Below, one piece after another: positions 50,060 through 64,000 of a DNA stretch of 64,000 nt. The notes under the pieces were generated by a model. It ran no database searches, had not been told where the DNA came from, and saw nothing but the letters and a program-made list of their open reading frames with translations. The translations under genes and the position numbers were made by a program. Every line of letters starts with the position of its first letter. The stretch's first letter is position 1. This DNA comes from Eledone cirrhosa (Eukaryota). The stretch lies in NCBI GenBank assembly GCA_964016885.1, contig OZ024752.1:30008001-30072000 (forward strand). Reading direction: 5' to 3'.

Positions 50060-50620
50060 TTGATACACCACATAAAGATGAAAGTCCAATGATTCTAAAG
50101 CTTGAGAAAATGGCCTAAGTTATAAAGGTCTATTGTTTAACATGACAAATACCTAAATACTAATTAGAGACAAAAACTAAACAAATTCCAGTGCAGTCTG
50201 AAAAGTGGTATTGCTCAATATGTGGAAAGAGAATTGATAGGAGTTCAGTAGAACTATAAAGATAGTGTAAGTAATGAGTACACAAAGGATGTACTGAGAT
50301 TTCTGGCACATTGACAAAGATCCAAAACTTTCAGTCATGGACATTAGATGTACAGTAATAGGTAGTAATAGGGATAGCTATAATATAAAGTCCAGATTAC
50401 ATGCTAGCAGTAATAAATAGTTTCTGTTATCTAGGTGATATAATTAGTACTAGAGGTGGCTGTAGTGAAAACATAGTAGTTATACTTTCATTATAAAATC
50501 GGTAGAAGAGATTTGGAGAAATTGTTTCACTTGTTGCCAACTAAGGTTTTTAACCGTTCTATACAAAAACAGACTGCATAAAGTATGTGTATGTAAACAT
50601 TTGATGCTGCATGGTTATAA
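50060..50620 (+). pseudogene. Degenerate RTE reverse-transcriptase region with a PHD-like Cys/His insert
   Basis: GLSYKGLLFNMTNT*ILI...KWYCSICGKRIDRSSV...CK**VHKGCTEISGTL...NSFCYLGDIISTRGGCSE...MLHG; many stop codons. Confidence 0.75.
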
Positions 50621-51589
50621 ACCGTGGGTAGAGGTTGAAGATAAACAAATTAATTGCAATTTATTAGATATTGTGAAGTGATGAGACGTGGTAGTCTCGT
50701 AACTTCTGTTGAAGTTGTAGAGGTGCTGTATCTGGTAATTTGGGGGAATTTTAAGCCTGGCGGAGCTCATCCCTCTCTAGACCTGAATACAGCAGATTTT
50801 TTCCAGAGAAAGATTGAGAGTAAAAGAGAGAAAGTGAGAAAGAGATATTGAGGAAGAATCTATCCCAGTGCTGGACTGGTTACTTTTTTTTATCAACCTT
50901 GAAATGATAAAAGGCAAAGTTGACCTTTGCGGGATTTGAATTCAGAGAGCTGGAATGAATACTGCAAAGCATTCTATCCGATGTTCAATTCACTGGATAT
51001 TAACTTAAAGGAAATGCATAAACAAGTTAAGGAAGTAGCTAGATATTAAAGGCAACAGTCAATGTGGTTGTGCTGGTATCGACATGTGATATAAATTGAT
51101 GACATAAATTATGCTATGCTGATAAATTTCAAAATAACTAAATCATATCTATAACTCTCCCCCCTTGTCTGCAAACAAAGATAAATTTTTTCCTGAAGCA
51201 TGAAAATTAATTTTGTGATTTTTCTTTCAGAGTTTTTAACAATTACTGTGAGAATGTTGTTTTTGTTCTACAACTAATACAGAAATTTTAATGAATTAAA
51301 AGTTATTTTATATATGTCATTTAGTACATCACCTCTTAGCATATTTAATTATGTTTAATATTTTCAACTTAATTTAATAATTATCTTGATAATCTGACCT
51401 GGAGCGCAGTAATTCTGAATAAAAACTGATAGTGGGACAGAGCATATTTCAGCACAGACAAACAACCTCAGTAGTAGTAGTAGTAGTAACAACCTAGAGA
51501 CCATGAAGTACTGGGTTGACATTTGGTGTGAGAAGGAAGCCTTCTTCAGCCTAGATTGACATTGCTCCCAGAGTTAGAGACTCCCTTCA

Positions 51590-51905
51590 GTCAAGAATGA
51601 CCATGGGTTTTGCACCTAGAAAGTTTCCCTCCAAGGCTCAAATCCAGGCAAGGTTGTTTGTGGAAGACCAGCAGTTGCTCATACATACCAGTCTCCCATA
51701 CTACCGATGTTGTCCAAGGGAAAGGCAATGGCCAATACAGCTTGGCACCAGTGACATTGCAATGCATTTCTACAGTTGAGTAAACTGGATAATATGAAAT
51801 GAAGTGTCTTGCTCCAGGACACAACAAACACTGTATGGTCCATGAATCAAAATCACAACCTCATGATTGTAAGCCAAATGCTCTCACCACTAAGCCATAC
51901 ACCTT
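51590..51905 (-). mobile_element. SINE, same type as 23630-23956
   Basis: Collinear homology with that copy. Confidence 0.8.
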
Positions 51906-54900
51906 CACATCAGCATTATTCTGAAGTTGATGATTCTGCTGGTTATGTTTGCTTGACGTTGTCAAGCCATTTCCTGTATCATCCGATGTCCACCATATAA
52001 ACATTTGGCTGTATCAAGGAGACATGTTTTCTGTAATGTTACCAGGTTTATTTTTATGTTGATCATGAAAATCCACTTGATGGTATCTTCAGCTAGTGTA
52101 CCAAGTGACCCTATTATAACAGGAATAACTGTTATCTCTCTCTGGTCTTTTCAGTTGCCATTTTAAATCCTGGTAGTTATCTTCCTGTTTTTGTTTTCTT
52201 TCACCCTGCTGTCAAATGTGGAGCCTATATCTATTATCTTATAAATTCTAATATTTTTATTCTTTCTCTAGTACAACCATATCTGGTCTTGAGTGTTCTC
52301 TTTTTTTCCATTCTGGCATGAGTTAGGCAGTTCTTCACAGTTTTTACCATCTTGCAAACCAATCTAATTCAGGGCCTTCTCACTCCTGTTGGGGGAACCC
52401 CCGTCCTGGTTAACCTCCACTGCCTTTTGTTTGGTTATGTCAGAGTCAGAGATGCAGCTGTATTCACCACACTTGGCCAATTGCAGGTTGGTGAGTCTAT
52501 TTAACCAAGAGTTAGGGTGAATGACCATTGACCCTAAGGAGTTGATTCACCCTTTTAACAGCTCGGGGGGGGGGGGGGGGGTGTTATATAGTACCAGTAG
52601 CAGACAGAAAACCTGACTATGTAGCAGGCTGTACTAGTTAGATGGTACCAGTAGTAGCCAGAAACCCAACCTGACTAAATACATAGCAGCAATTTTAAAT
52701 CCAGGCCATGTTTGATGATAGATATTACTTTAGTGCTGTAAGTTTTAACAGTATTTCAAAATATTGTTGCCTTAATTAATAAATGTTTTGTAATACACAG
52801 TATACATGTTCTTTTTGATGGCATTATCAACATCCCACCATTATCAACATCCCACCATTATCAACACTCCACTATTAAATGCCCTTTGGAGCTTACACTA
52901 TCTATTTTAGTTTCATTAGATCAACATGGATTTTTTCTTTTGTTAGCAATATTCCTTAATGAAAAGAATATTTAATCTTTCATAAACAATACAGAACATC
53001 ATCTCAGCTCTGCATGTTTTCTCTCTTGTAATAAATTTTCAGGGTATCAATAAATATTGATTTATTATGAAGGCAAACGTTTGAGTAACAAAGGAGAAAA
53101 AAGGGAATTATGTCAATTAATTAATATGATCTCTATGTTCATGGCATTAATTTTCTGTTGGATAGACTGGGCAAGTTGGGAGTTAAATATCCGGACACAA
53201 TGTAACTGATACACTCTGCTGTTTCTTTGGCCACCAGTCCAGTATCCTATTGATGCAACCAACTGTGATTTTCAGTGCATTCTAGCATGAAATAAGATTA
53301 AAGAAAATATCATAAGAAAAAATTCTATAGTAAAGAAACTGTTTAGCAATCAACTAATGTTTGTTCATTAATGTAAACTCACTGATGTAACTGCTTGCCT
53401 GTTACTTTATTACAAAATATCCATTAACACAGATCCCATTCTTAAAGTATCATTAATATTTCTGGCATGACCTGTTAAACCTAAAGCTAAGAAAGTATTT
53501 ATGTATTTATTCAGATGATAAATTATAAATGATGTATAATGGAGAAATATTGCAAAATATTTTAGCATTGAATAAACCCAGTCAAAATTGTTAGGAGAAG
53601 AGGTTTTTAACCATTGTACCGAAGCACGATTGTTTGCTGTATATGGTTTGCAGGTGTGTCACAGGTTATTAGGGCTCTGAAAACTTGAGTGGTTTTCATG
53701 TGCCAGACCAGTGAATGGGTGTTTTTCATAAATATCACATCAATGTATAAGTATTCTTTTGCAGCAAATGTAAATGTATGCAATAATCTGTTATAACACA
53801 AATTTAACAATAGCTTTTGTTTTTATATTATAAACCATTTACAAAGCTGATGGTGTTCCATAAGACATTTTAGTCTCTTGTTCAGTGTGCAGGAGATAAA
53901 GATGTAGTTGAAAATAGTTGACAATATCACATGTAAAACTAATTGAATGTTCAGATTTACAAGTTAAATATATCAAATAAGACCTGGTTTTCAATAAGAT
54001 ATGATTTTATCATAGCAACATACAAACACTTAATTTGAAAAAATTTGAATTGATTTGAATATGGCATGTTAAAATTTGAACATAGAATCTTAACATGCCA
54101 TATTATTTATTATCATTGATAGAAATATTGGAGCATTGATGCCTTGATATTTTGATTGATTTGTGCACATTGTTAGAAAAGATGCATTTATTAATTCCAT
54201 TCATGTTTTCATTAAATGCAGCTTAATCTCATACATGTTATCTCTATAGAACGATGTTAAGCTTCCTGCAAGCTGAGTTTCTTATGAACTAGGTTTAATT
54301 TCCCATAACTAACAACTTTTACAAATGATTTCCAGTTTACATCAATAGTATGGATAGGGATCAACTAACTTGCCCTTGACTCATTACCAGCAAACAAAGC
54401 TTTCTTCTAGAGGAGAAGGAAGAAGACAGTGGTGTTAATAGTCTTATCATACCAACATACCATATAGCTCAGAATGTATACAACATGAGCTAGCAATCAA
54501 CCATTGAGACAAGTGTTCCATGTTTATGTATTTTCTGTTAAGTTGACTTCAAATTTATTGCTTGATTAGTGCTCTAAAAGTGGCCATCTTTTCTGTGTGT
54601 TGGTTATGTAATCCAAGGGATGAAAGCAACTACTTAAAACAGAAGCTACTTGTTTCATTAAATTTTGGCAGCTGTGTTAGAAGGTTGAATTACTTAGCTT
54701 GTTTATTGCTGTTCTTTATGAAAAAAAGCAATTTGTCAAAAAGTCAAATTCTTATTCAGAATTTGTTTTAAAAGTCTCCTTAAAGGTATTTTATGACTTG
54801 CTAAAAAATTTTATGACTTGATAAAAAAAAGGAACAAAATATTTCATATTGTGAACTATTTTTATTTGTCAATTGAATAAAATCTCTCTTTCTCTCCTAC

Positions 54901-54915
54901 TCTCTCTATATATTT

Positions 54916-54981
<66 letters not shown>

Positions 54982-55387
54982 TATATGTCTCCAATCCATG
55001 CAAGCATGGAAAAATGGATAACAATGATGATGATGATGACGATGGTGGTAATGGTGGTGGTGATGATGATTTATGTATGTTTGTGTGTAGTTTGGGTGAC
55101 TCTGCGAATTTAGGTATATGTATAGTTTATGTTACCAGCTGAGTAACATTACATTGCTGTGTGTGAGCTGAATAGATAGTTTTAACACCTGTGTATTGTG
55201 GTTATAATATATGCAGTCATGAATGAATAGAATATTAATGATAGCTACAGAGACACTAATACTTATGATACCAACTCAGTCAAAACTCGCTCTGGCTCTG
55301 TGAAACAAAACCACCAAATTTAAAGGGTTCCAATTTAAATTAGAATCTTCCAACATAATTTTATATTTAAAAAAAGCCCCTATCTTA

Positions 55388-55575
55388 ATAATTGTTTCTA
55401 CTTTTGGCACAAGGTCAGCAATTACCCAGTACATTACTGGTACTTTATTTTATTGACCCCGTATGGATGAAAGGCAAAGTTAACCTTGGTGGGATTTGAA
55501 CTCAGATCGTAAAGGGACGTAACTATGCTGGAAAGCATGTCCGACCCTCTACCGATACTGCCAATTCACCACCCT
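55388..55575 (-). mobile_element. SINE family A
   Basis: Full length, TSD TATCTTAATAAT; inserted into a remnant of the 2353-type MITE. Confidence 0.9.
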
Positions 55576-55793
55576 CCCTTATCTTAATAATGAAATAATA
55601 ATTTAATATATCCCTCAGAATTCTTCCTTAATTAATTGAAATAAAGTCAATTTCAGAAACGAGTTAAATGGATAAGGTGGGGAAATTAAAAAATGGAAAT
55701 TGTCTTGAATTTTTTAAATATGCATTTAAATTTTTGAAGAACTCTTGTTGTGAACTAAGGGGGATTTTCAAATCATGGTTATAGGATTAAAAA

Positions 55794-55979
55794 TATGAGG
55801 GTTGGCTGACTAAGATACTCTCATGGAATGACCAAATGAGGTTTATTTTTTTAACATAGAAAAAAAACAAACAATGCAGTTAGTAATAAGTAAGCATTGA
55901 AATTAATGCATGCAATATTTCACAGCTCTAGCATCACTTCTTCATAGTCAGCCAATGAACTTTTCAGTTGACCCTTGTA
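55794..55979. mobile_element. Tc1/mariner-type MITE
   Basis: TATGAGGGTTGGCTGA...TTTTCAGTTGACCCTTGTA; family of 11228-11574. Confidence 0.75.
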
Positions 55980-58900
55980 CATAGTAGACCAAAGCTGGGT
56001 TGTGACTATTCTTTGTAAACGAGATAAATACGATATACTAAGTTAAATAATTCAATATCGAAATAAAGGGAGACTGACCTATAGACCTTGCTATCCTTAG
56101 ACAGAATTGAAAGAAACAGACAAAAAGAAAATAATTTCAGAAAACGGTAATGATATTTCCTATTAGTAATATGGTAGCATCTGACTAAAGACAGTTCAAC
56201 TGATGTAAAAATAATAGTATTACAAAATTGATGTATAAAAATAGCATTGTTTTATTTGTGTGTACACGTAATACAGCTGGCTGTTTGATAAGAGAAAAAA
56301 ATAAAACAATTCTCTAAAACTGACATCAGCAAAATGAAATAATTTCCTGAATTACAAAACAAAAAAATAATAGAAAAATTTACCAAAAAAAGATATTTCT
56401 TTCACCAAAACTGCTAAGAATTTTACTTCACAAATTTACAAATCCACATGTTAAAACATATGTAGAAATTTGTGTAACACCTTCCTATATTAGGATAAAT
56501 TGTAAACTTTAGATAGTATCCTGTACAAAAATATCTACAAATATTTATCTCCTAAAACAGATGTTAGCATTTTTGACCTCTCCGAAAGCAACTTTTTTTT
56601 CAATTCTGCCTTCAGGGATGTCAGAAGTGATAATGTCTAAAACCCATTCTGGTATTTAGGCAGAATATTTTATTATTGGAATGATTGCAGTGTTAATAGA
56701 ATGAAACATATTAAAAAAAAAAAGTTATAGTAGAAAATATTTATCTGCATTTTGAATTTTTAACATAAGAAAGTAATTTCTAAATAAATTACTGTAAAAT
56801 CTGTATAGCAAAGATATTTTCTGATTATCCACAACATTTAATATGCATAACCAGAGCAAGCATTGGAAATTAAAATATCATAAATTTTCTAATATTTTAT
56901 ATTCTTCCATGCTTAATCATCATCATCGTTTAATATCCCTTTTTCCAAGCTAGCATCGATTAAATGAGTTGTCCTGTTTTAAGACAAGTCAGATCAGATG
57001 ACTGCGTCTTGCTCTTACAAAAATGTTTCTGGCTTGGTTTCTACAGCTGGATTCCCTTCCTAACACCTACCACATTTACAATGTAGACTGGCTGCTTTTT
57101 GTTGTGTCACCAACACAACAACTTTACAACCCACAATTAGCCAAGTGCGGTGACTATGGCTACACCCCTGACATGACCAAAACCAAACAGAAAGCAGTGG
57201 AGGTTAACCAGTGGGGAGTTCCTCCAATCCTATCAGCCAGGACCATCAGGTGGATGACATTATTAACCCTTCAAACGAAAGGGTCAATAATTATTTCTAC
57301 ATTTGGCACAGGGCCAGCAATTTGAAGTGGAAGGGAAAAGTCGATTAAATCGACCCAAGTGCATTACTGGTGTTTTATTTCATCGACTCCGTAAGAATGA
57401 AAGGTGAAGCTAACAAAAGGGTTAATAATGCTGATACACACAACAATATATATTTACAAAATCCCATAAATATTGTCAAAATATTCATGTAATATACAAG
57501 CAACACACTTACAAATGAAATAATCACTTTTACATGGCTGCCAGTAAATCAGCAACTTCTATAGTCTAAGTCTGTCCACAACAGTCAGCAGTAGATTTTA
57601 AAATAAAATAAAGACAAGACTGAACAAAAGTATCTTACTCATTATCATCATCATCAGCTAGAAAAGTTATTATTGTTTCATGTCAGAAGATAATCAGATT
57701 TTCAGGACATATTTTTAAAATGCTGTACCCATATAGAGGGGGAGGGGGAGAGTAGAGAGGGGAGGTGGATGAAAATCACAAGACAAGGGGTATCAAGTAG
57801 AATTTTATATTACTGTTTCAATATAATTTTGTTTTATTTTATTCAGAAACTCAAAATCTTGTAAAGATTTCTACATTTTCTGAGTTGCATTAAAAATGTC
57901 TGATCTAAAATGGATTTCCAAGGCTAAATTAATAACAGAGTGAAAATATTAAAATATATATAAAAAAAAAAAAGTACTCAAAAAAGAGTTTGTTCAAAAT
58001 ATTCAATATTTTTCAAAGTTAATTTAAATTTAAAAAAAAGATAACTGAGAAAAAAAAAACTAATAATAATTGTGATTTTGTAAGATATGCCAAGTAATGA
58101 AATGCTATGAAAGGAATCTAAACTTTTACACAATATTATTTCAGGAATTCATTGATTAAAATTACAATTAACATTTATTGAAACACAAATAACAAAATTT
58201 AGCAATTTGTGTGTAATACCATTTTACACAAATAGTTTTTTGTTTTTAAAGAACAGAAATGTTTTGAAGCAAATCAAACATTTTCACAAAAGTGTAAATA
58301 CCATTCTCTATCTTATTTTCTGAGACTTTGTGAGTTTAATTACTGTTAGCCATAAACAATAGGGAAAATGGTAAAAGATTGGTGTACTTTATATTTATTA
58401 GTTAATCCCAAGAGCTGAAGGTGTTGCCCATAGCCTTTTCGAATTCTTCAAGATTGAAGGATAGATGTAACTATTATTTCATTGTTTCCTCGAAATAGTT
58501 TAAAATGTTACAGATTAATGGTTGGTGAGGGTGGAGTAGTGAGTTTAAGTGAGAGAGAGTGAGACTTCCATGGGATTACAATTGAAAGGAAACCATTTAG
58601 CTTGAGATTTGAAGGAATAAAAACATTAGAACTGAATTGAAGGAAGGTATATTTCTACAAAAAAAGGGGGGGGGGGCAGATGAACTCCTCACTATTGGTT
58701 AAATAGCCTCATCAACCAGTAATTGGCCAAGCATGGTGAGTATAGTTACACCCTTGAAGACATGACCAAAACCAAACAGAAATGATAATGGCGATGATGA
58801 GGATGATGGTGGTGGTGGTGATGATGATTATGGTGATGATGATTATGATGACGATGATGATGATGATGATGATGGTATATTGTTTCAAAGTTTCAAAGTC

Positions 58901-59179
58901 AATAAATATTTGATTTGCTACTACTTGAATCTTTTCAAACTGAAACAAAATGTATCATAACAAATGATTAGAATTAAAAATTACTTTTACTGAAGAATTA
59001 AATGTAATATGAAATGTCATAATAGAATATTTATGTCTCTTCTGACTTTTGCCAACATTTTCATTATCAATAAATTCATTTTGTTAGAAATATCTTCACT
59101 ATATTTCTTTTTCTTTGTCATTCATCTCTCATAATTAATTCAGCTTCAGTATTTATCTTCCTGAGAATTTATTTCTCCG

Positions 59180-59476
59180 AATTGAGAGATCACAGCTCTG
59201 ATACTATGGCCATGTAGTTAGAATGTCACAGGAAATAATCTCTGGACAGATTTTATGGGTAAAGGCAAAACCAACTGTCAGGAGATCCAGGGGTAAACTC
59301 CAAGCAAGATGGTTGAATAACATCGATGAGCTTGGATGGTCACATTTGGGGATCCAGTCGGATCAGTTGGAGACAGTTGCTTCTGACAGGACCCACTGGA
59401 AGGAGTGTTTGAGGGCTCTGCCCCCATGACCCTCTCAGGAATAAGTGGGCGAAGAAGAAGAAGAAGAAGAAGAAGA
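59180..59476 (+). mobile_element. RTE-clade LINE 3' fragment
   Basis: IERSQL*YYGHVVRMSQE...RRSRGKLQARWLNNIDELGWSHLGIQSDQLETVASDRTHWKECLRALPP* followed by a (GAA)n tail. Confidence 0.85.
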
Positions 59477-60012
59477 GGAGAGGATTTATTTTCATCTCTT
59501 CTGTTCGTCAAACGTTCTAGATTTATCATGAGTTTTATATGTAATTTATTCTGAGTAACTTAATTAGAACTTTACCAACTTATCAATATTTCTATCCTAC
59601 TTACTCATCCCATAACCTACATACTACTGACATTGTTTTCTCATACCTCATGTTTTCAAAGAATTCTCAGATTCTGCAAACATAATTTTACTGTTACAGA
59701 GTGATTTCAATGTAATCACAAGTTCTAACATAATTGAAATGTAGAAAAATTGAATGGTAAAACTGGGAATTCAATAACAGTTGGAGATTGATATTTACTC
59801 TGAAAGTAAGTTCAGGGAATTTGTAGGTAAGCAATGATTATGTAATATTTTTTGCTCATTGAACACCAGAAAATTATGGAAATTTCAATAAAATTATGAA
59901 ATATTTACAATAAAATAAGAAAAAGAAAGAAAAAAATCAATAAACCAAAACAACAGGGAGGAGGAGAAACAGACTTTACACTCACAGCTAAGCAGTACAT
60001 CTATCTTGTACA

Positions 60013-60376
60013 TAATAATTGTTTCTACGTTAGGCATGAGGCCAACAATTACCCAGTGCATTACTGGTACTTTATTTTATCGACCCCGTAAGAATGAAAG
60101 GCAAAGTTAACCTCGCTGGGATTTGAACTCATACCATAAAGGGACGTAACTATGTTGGAAAGCATGGCGTCGGACCCTCTACCGATAATAATTGTTTCTA
60201 TTTTAGGCACAAGGCCAGCAAATACCCAGTGCATTACTGGCACTTTATTTTATCGACCCCGTAAGGATGAAAGGCAAAGTCAACCTCGGCGGGATTTGAA
60301 CTCAGATCGTTAAGGGACGTAACTATGCTGGAAAGCATGGCGTCCGACCCTCTACCGATACTGCCAATCCACCGCC
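60013..60376 (-). mobile_element. Head-to-tail SINE family A dimer
   Basis: One full monomer plus a 5'-clipped monomer, enclosed by a single 15-bp TSD CTTGTACATAATAAT (60005, 60385). Confidence 0.9.
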
Positions 60377-60639
60377 CTAATCCACTTGTACATAATAATG
60401 AAGATGAAACATCAGTACAGTTTTTTTTTGTATTTAGTTTTCACTAAGTAACACAGAAACAGAAGCAGTACACACTAAACTCTAAACACTCTTGTATGTA
60501 AAATAAAATGTTTAGAACTTCCTTATAAATGGGGAGAAGATAGCTAACTATCAAGTTGAATACCAAATATTGAAATAGATTCATAAAAGTTTATTCTATA
60601 GTTTTGGATGGAACCAAAATACTAATGGAAAAATTTAAC

Positions 60640-60743
60640 TACATGGTGTCCCAAAAAATGTATACACACTTCAACAGCATTCGGATAAATATTGCTTGTA
60701 CAGGTAATCAAAGTATGTATATATTTTTGGGGGACACCCTGTA
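60640..60743. mobile_element. ~100-bp Tc1-type MITE
   Basis: TA-CATGGTGTCCCAAAAAATGTATAC ... GTATATATTTTTGGGGGACACCCTG-TA; partial relative at 43693-43799. Confidence 0.82.
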
Positions 60744-61473
60744 TTTATCATAAGATAAACCAGTTGCCAGGCTAAATAAACCAGTTGCTTTTAAAAGCAG
60801 TTTTAGCAATGTTTATCTCTAGTATTTATCACTCCTAACATGTTCGTTTACGTTAAAGCTAAATTTGACACCACCATAAAGTTAATCTGGTTCCAGAATA
60901 TACTTTAAATGGAGTGAGATATCTCTTGAATGAAATATATGAATGATTTCAGATCTAAACATTTTAAAAAATCATTTGTCACATTTGTAACATATGTGAT
61001 GATGGATGTAGCAAAATGTAGACATTTTGAATAAACTGTTGAAATAAACTGTTGGATAGGATGATAAACTATTTTACAAATTTGAGATATTTTAATGAGG
61101 CACTATGTAGGAATTGAACCTATTTTGGAGTTGAATAATGGGATTTTCTCAAGAACGTTATGAGTTCATAAACCCTGGAGAACAAGTCAAAGACTTCATT
61201 TACTCAAATACACATACATACATGTAATAACCATGTATACATGTCATGCAATAGCTGCATCATGTACAGATACAAAACATATGCACATGCACACATATAA
61301 CTTAAAACATAGACATCCACACATACAATAACACCCATACCTGCACACACATGCAGATATGCATACATATCTATCTAGTTGATGTTATCTAAATTCCAAT
61401 GAAATACTCTTGAGTCTATATTAGAAACTGGCTTTCTCTCTATTGGTAAACATTTATAAAATTCTAAAACCAG

Positions 61474-61545
<72 letters not shown>

Positions 61546-61881
61546 TATATATGTACATACAAACAAATATGCTTACATACGTTCATTGATCATTTCTATC
61601 ATTTTGCTGGATCTACCTTTGATTGTGCCCATGTTTAGAGTGGCAGCCATTAAATCTGTTACCTCACACCAACCACACTTACTGTTTGGACTGAGTACTT
61701 TTTTTCATGTCACCAACATGACCACTTTACAGGGTGGACTGAGTGCTTTTTGTCATGTCACCAACACGACCACTTTATAGGAATATACATATAACATAAC
61801 TAAAATGAATATATGACAAAACAGTCTGTCTGTGATCACTTAGTTATACAACAATAGGATATAAACAATATGTAAGATTTG

Positions 61882-62109
61882 TTAACCCTTTAATGTTCAA
61901 ACCGGCCAAAACCGGCCAGAATTCTCTACCCTTTTCTGTTGAAATTGGCTGTAACTGGTCACTCAAACTGATGTTAAGGTATTGTTCTCAAAATAAATAC
62001 TTTCAAAATCTCATAGATTCGATATTATGTGAGATAATTATGTAAGATAAAGCCTTTACCATGAAAATATAATAGTATAAATAGAGTAATGTGAATGCTA
62101 AAGAGTTAA
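61882..62109. mobile_element. piggyBac-type MITE
   Basis: TTAA-CCCTTT...TGCTAAAGAG-TTAA; family of 10549-10764. Confidence 0.85.
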
Positions 62110-62369
62110 ATGTTATTCCAGACAGTCAACAACAACAAAAAGAACTGCACCATTGATAATACTGTGAAATAAAAATACTAAACTTGAAAGATAATATAGA
62201 ATAGAAATGAAACATACAGTGTGGGCTGGGCTATTTTTGTTGTGACACCTACACAACCACTTTACAGTGTGGACTGGACGCTTTTTATTGTGATATCTAC
62301 AGTGTAGACTGGGAATTTTTTATTGTGACTCCTACATGACCACTTTACAGTGTGGACTGGGTTTCTTTT

Positions 62370-62690
62370 CAAGGACTATGTTGGAAAATAAACCTTATTT
62401 GGTCATTCTGTGAGAGTATCTTGGTCAGTTTATGAAGAAGTGATGCTAGAGGTGTGAAATCTTGGATGCATTAATTTCAACTCTTCCTATTAATAACTGC
62501 ATTGTTTCTTTCCAGGGACTATGTTGAAAAATAAACCTCATTTGGTCATTCCATGAGAGTATCTTGGTAAGCCTATGAACTTTTCAGCCGATCCTCATAT
62601 AATAACTGCATTGTTTCTTTCCAGGGACTATGCTGAAAAATAAACCTGATTTGGTCATTCCATGAGAGTGTATTAGTCAGCCAACCGTCA
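62370..62690. mobile_element. Rearranged Tc1/mariner-type MITE
   Basis: Three partial repeats of GGACTATGTTGAAAAATAAACCTCATTTGGTCATTCCATGAGAGT plus the right TIR. Confidence 0.75.
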
Positions 62691-64000
62691 TAGACCAAAC
62701 CTCTCTGTGGAAAACTAATGTAATGACCATCCTTATTGAACTGTAAGGAATTGCAATTTTAGGCAAAGAGCAAACTCAACCAATCCATTATCCACTACAT
62801 TTATTTGACATCTTTTGATCTTCTATAAATGGACAGCATGGCAGAAATGATACAATATGATGCACTTTAATCCACATTGCTATCCATTGTATTGTGGAAT
62901 GTACATTATGGTTTGGAAGAAAATTGAAATATGTTTATCATAAATATAAGACTCGACCGTTTCTCCTGAATATCTAGTTATTGATTTCCGGTAGTTAACT
63001 AGCAAGGTCATTAGAACATAGAACAAAATGCCTTGTAGTATTTATTTAAACTTTCCACATTCTTCAGTTGAAATCATGTTTAAGTTGACCTTATTTTTGT
63101 TTTTTTGCTTTTTTGTAAGATCAATAAAATAAAGTAGCAGACTATGGAGGTGGATAAGTGAAATTGTTAATGTTGGATGAAATTCCTTGCAGTATTTGTC
63201 CTAGCTCTTTATGTTTAGAGTTCAAATCCTCCTGTGGCCTACATGAGCGGTAGCCTTAATCTGTTATCCAGTTTAACATGACCATCTGACCCACAAATGC
63301 TTGTAGCTAAGTCTACTATGTTACAAGCATTTGAGCGAGAATTCCAATTTGAGGATATTTTTCTTTCTCCTCCTCCTCAAAAAGGTCTTGCGCACTACCC
63401 TATGTCCCTAACTAAACAGTAAAAAAAGAAAAGTTTTCTTGAGCAGGTCTGATAATAGTAACTCTACAGCAACAACATGCTAATGAGAAAGCTGCCATGC
63501 AATCAGTTATTCTGCTCGACATTGTAGCAAGATTTCCCTCAAACTACACTATACCATTGTAAAAAAAGGAAGGACATAGTGAACATCATAAATAGATGGG
63601 ATAGTCATGGTTGGAATGCTGTTGGTCATTATGCTGCTTCATCAGTCCTGACCTGGGGCTAAATAACAATATAATGACAGTTGCAAAGTTTGAACACACA
63701 TTATGATTCAGATACTAACGCTTTAACCACAAAGAAATTGTTCCATATATAAATATAGGCATATTATTTATTCAAGATATATACTGAACAACACTTTAAA
63801 TACTCTTTAACAACACAATATAACCTAATTCTTTATCAAATTACAGTTATTAATGATGAAAATAAGTGAAAACTTATTAATTGAAGAATATTTTAAAAGT
63901 GTTAATTTGTCAATATGGAATTCAAATATATAATGGTAGAGAGACACAAAAACGCTTGCAACTTTTACGAACAAATAACATTGACTTTTGAAAAGCAATT

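Overview
AT-rich, repeat-dense animal genomic DNA. The (TA)n seas and the SINE, RTE and Helentron-like families resemble octopus/cephalopod genomes; this is an inference, not a database result. The only clear host coding sequence is a 129-nt ankyrin-repeat exon on the minus strand (1316-1444), so much of the window is probably intron or intergenic. Nearly all listed ORFs are microsatellite artefacts. The rest is tRNA-derived SINEs, RTE and L1/Tx1-like LINE remnants, hAT/Tc1-mariner/piggyBac MITEs, Helentron-like elements and tandem arrays (40, 44 and 140 bp). The main hidden signal is 13 readable minimal type-I hammerhead ribozymes (stem I-CUGANGA-stem II-GAAA-tiny, usually palindromic stem III-NUH-stem I') plus about 8 degenerate or half copies. 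They belong to many different sequence families and sit in short non-coding elements with tandem and/or inverted ends, mostly inside (TA)n tracts. This matches Penelope-like element termini and retrozyme-like non-autonomous elements. All structures were paired by eye, not computed, and repeat boundaries are approximate.
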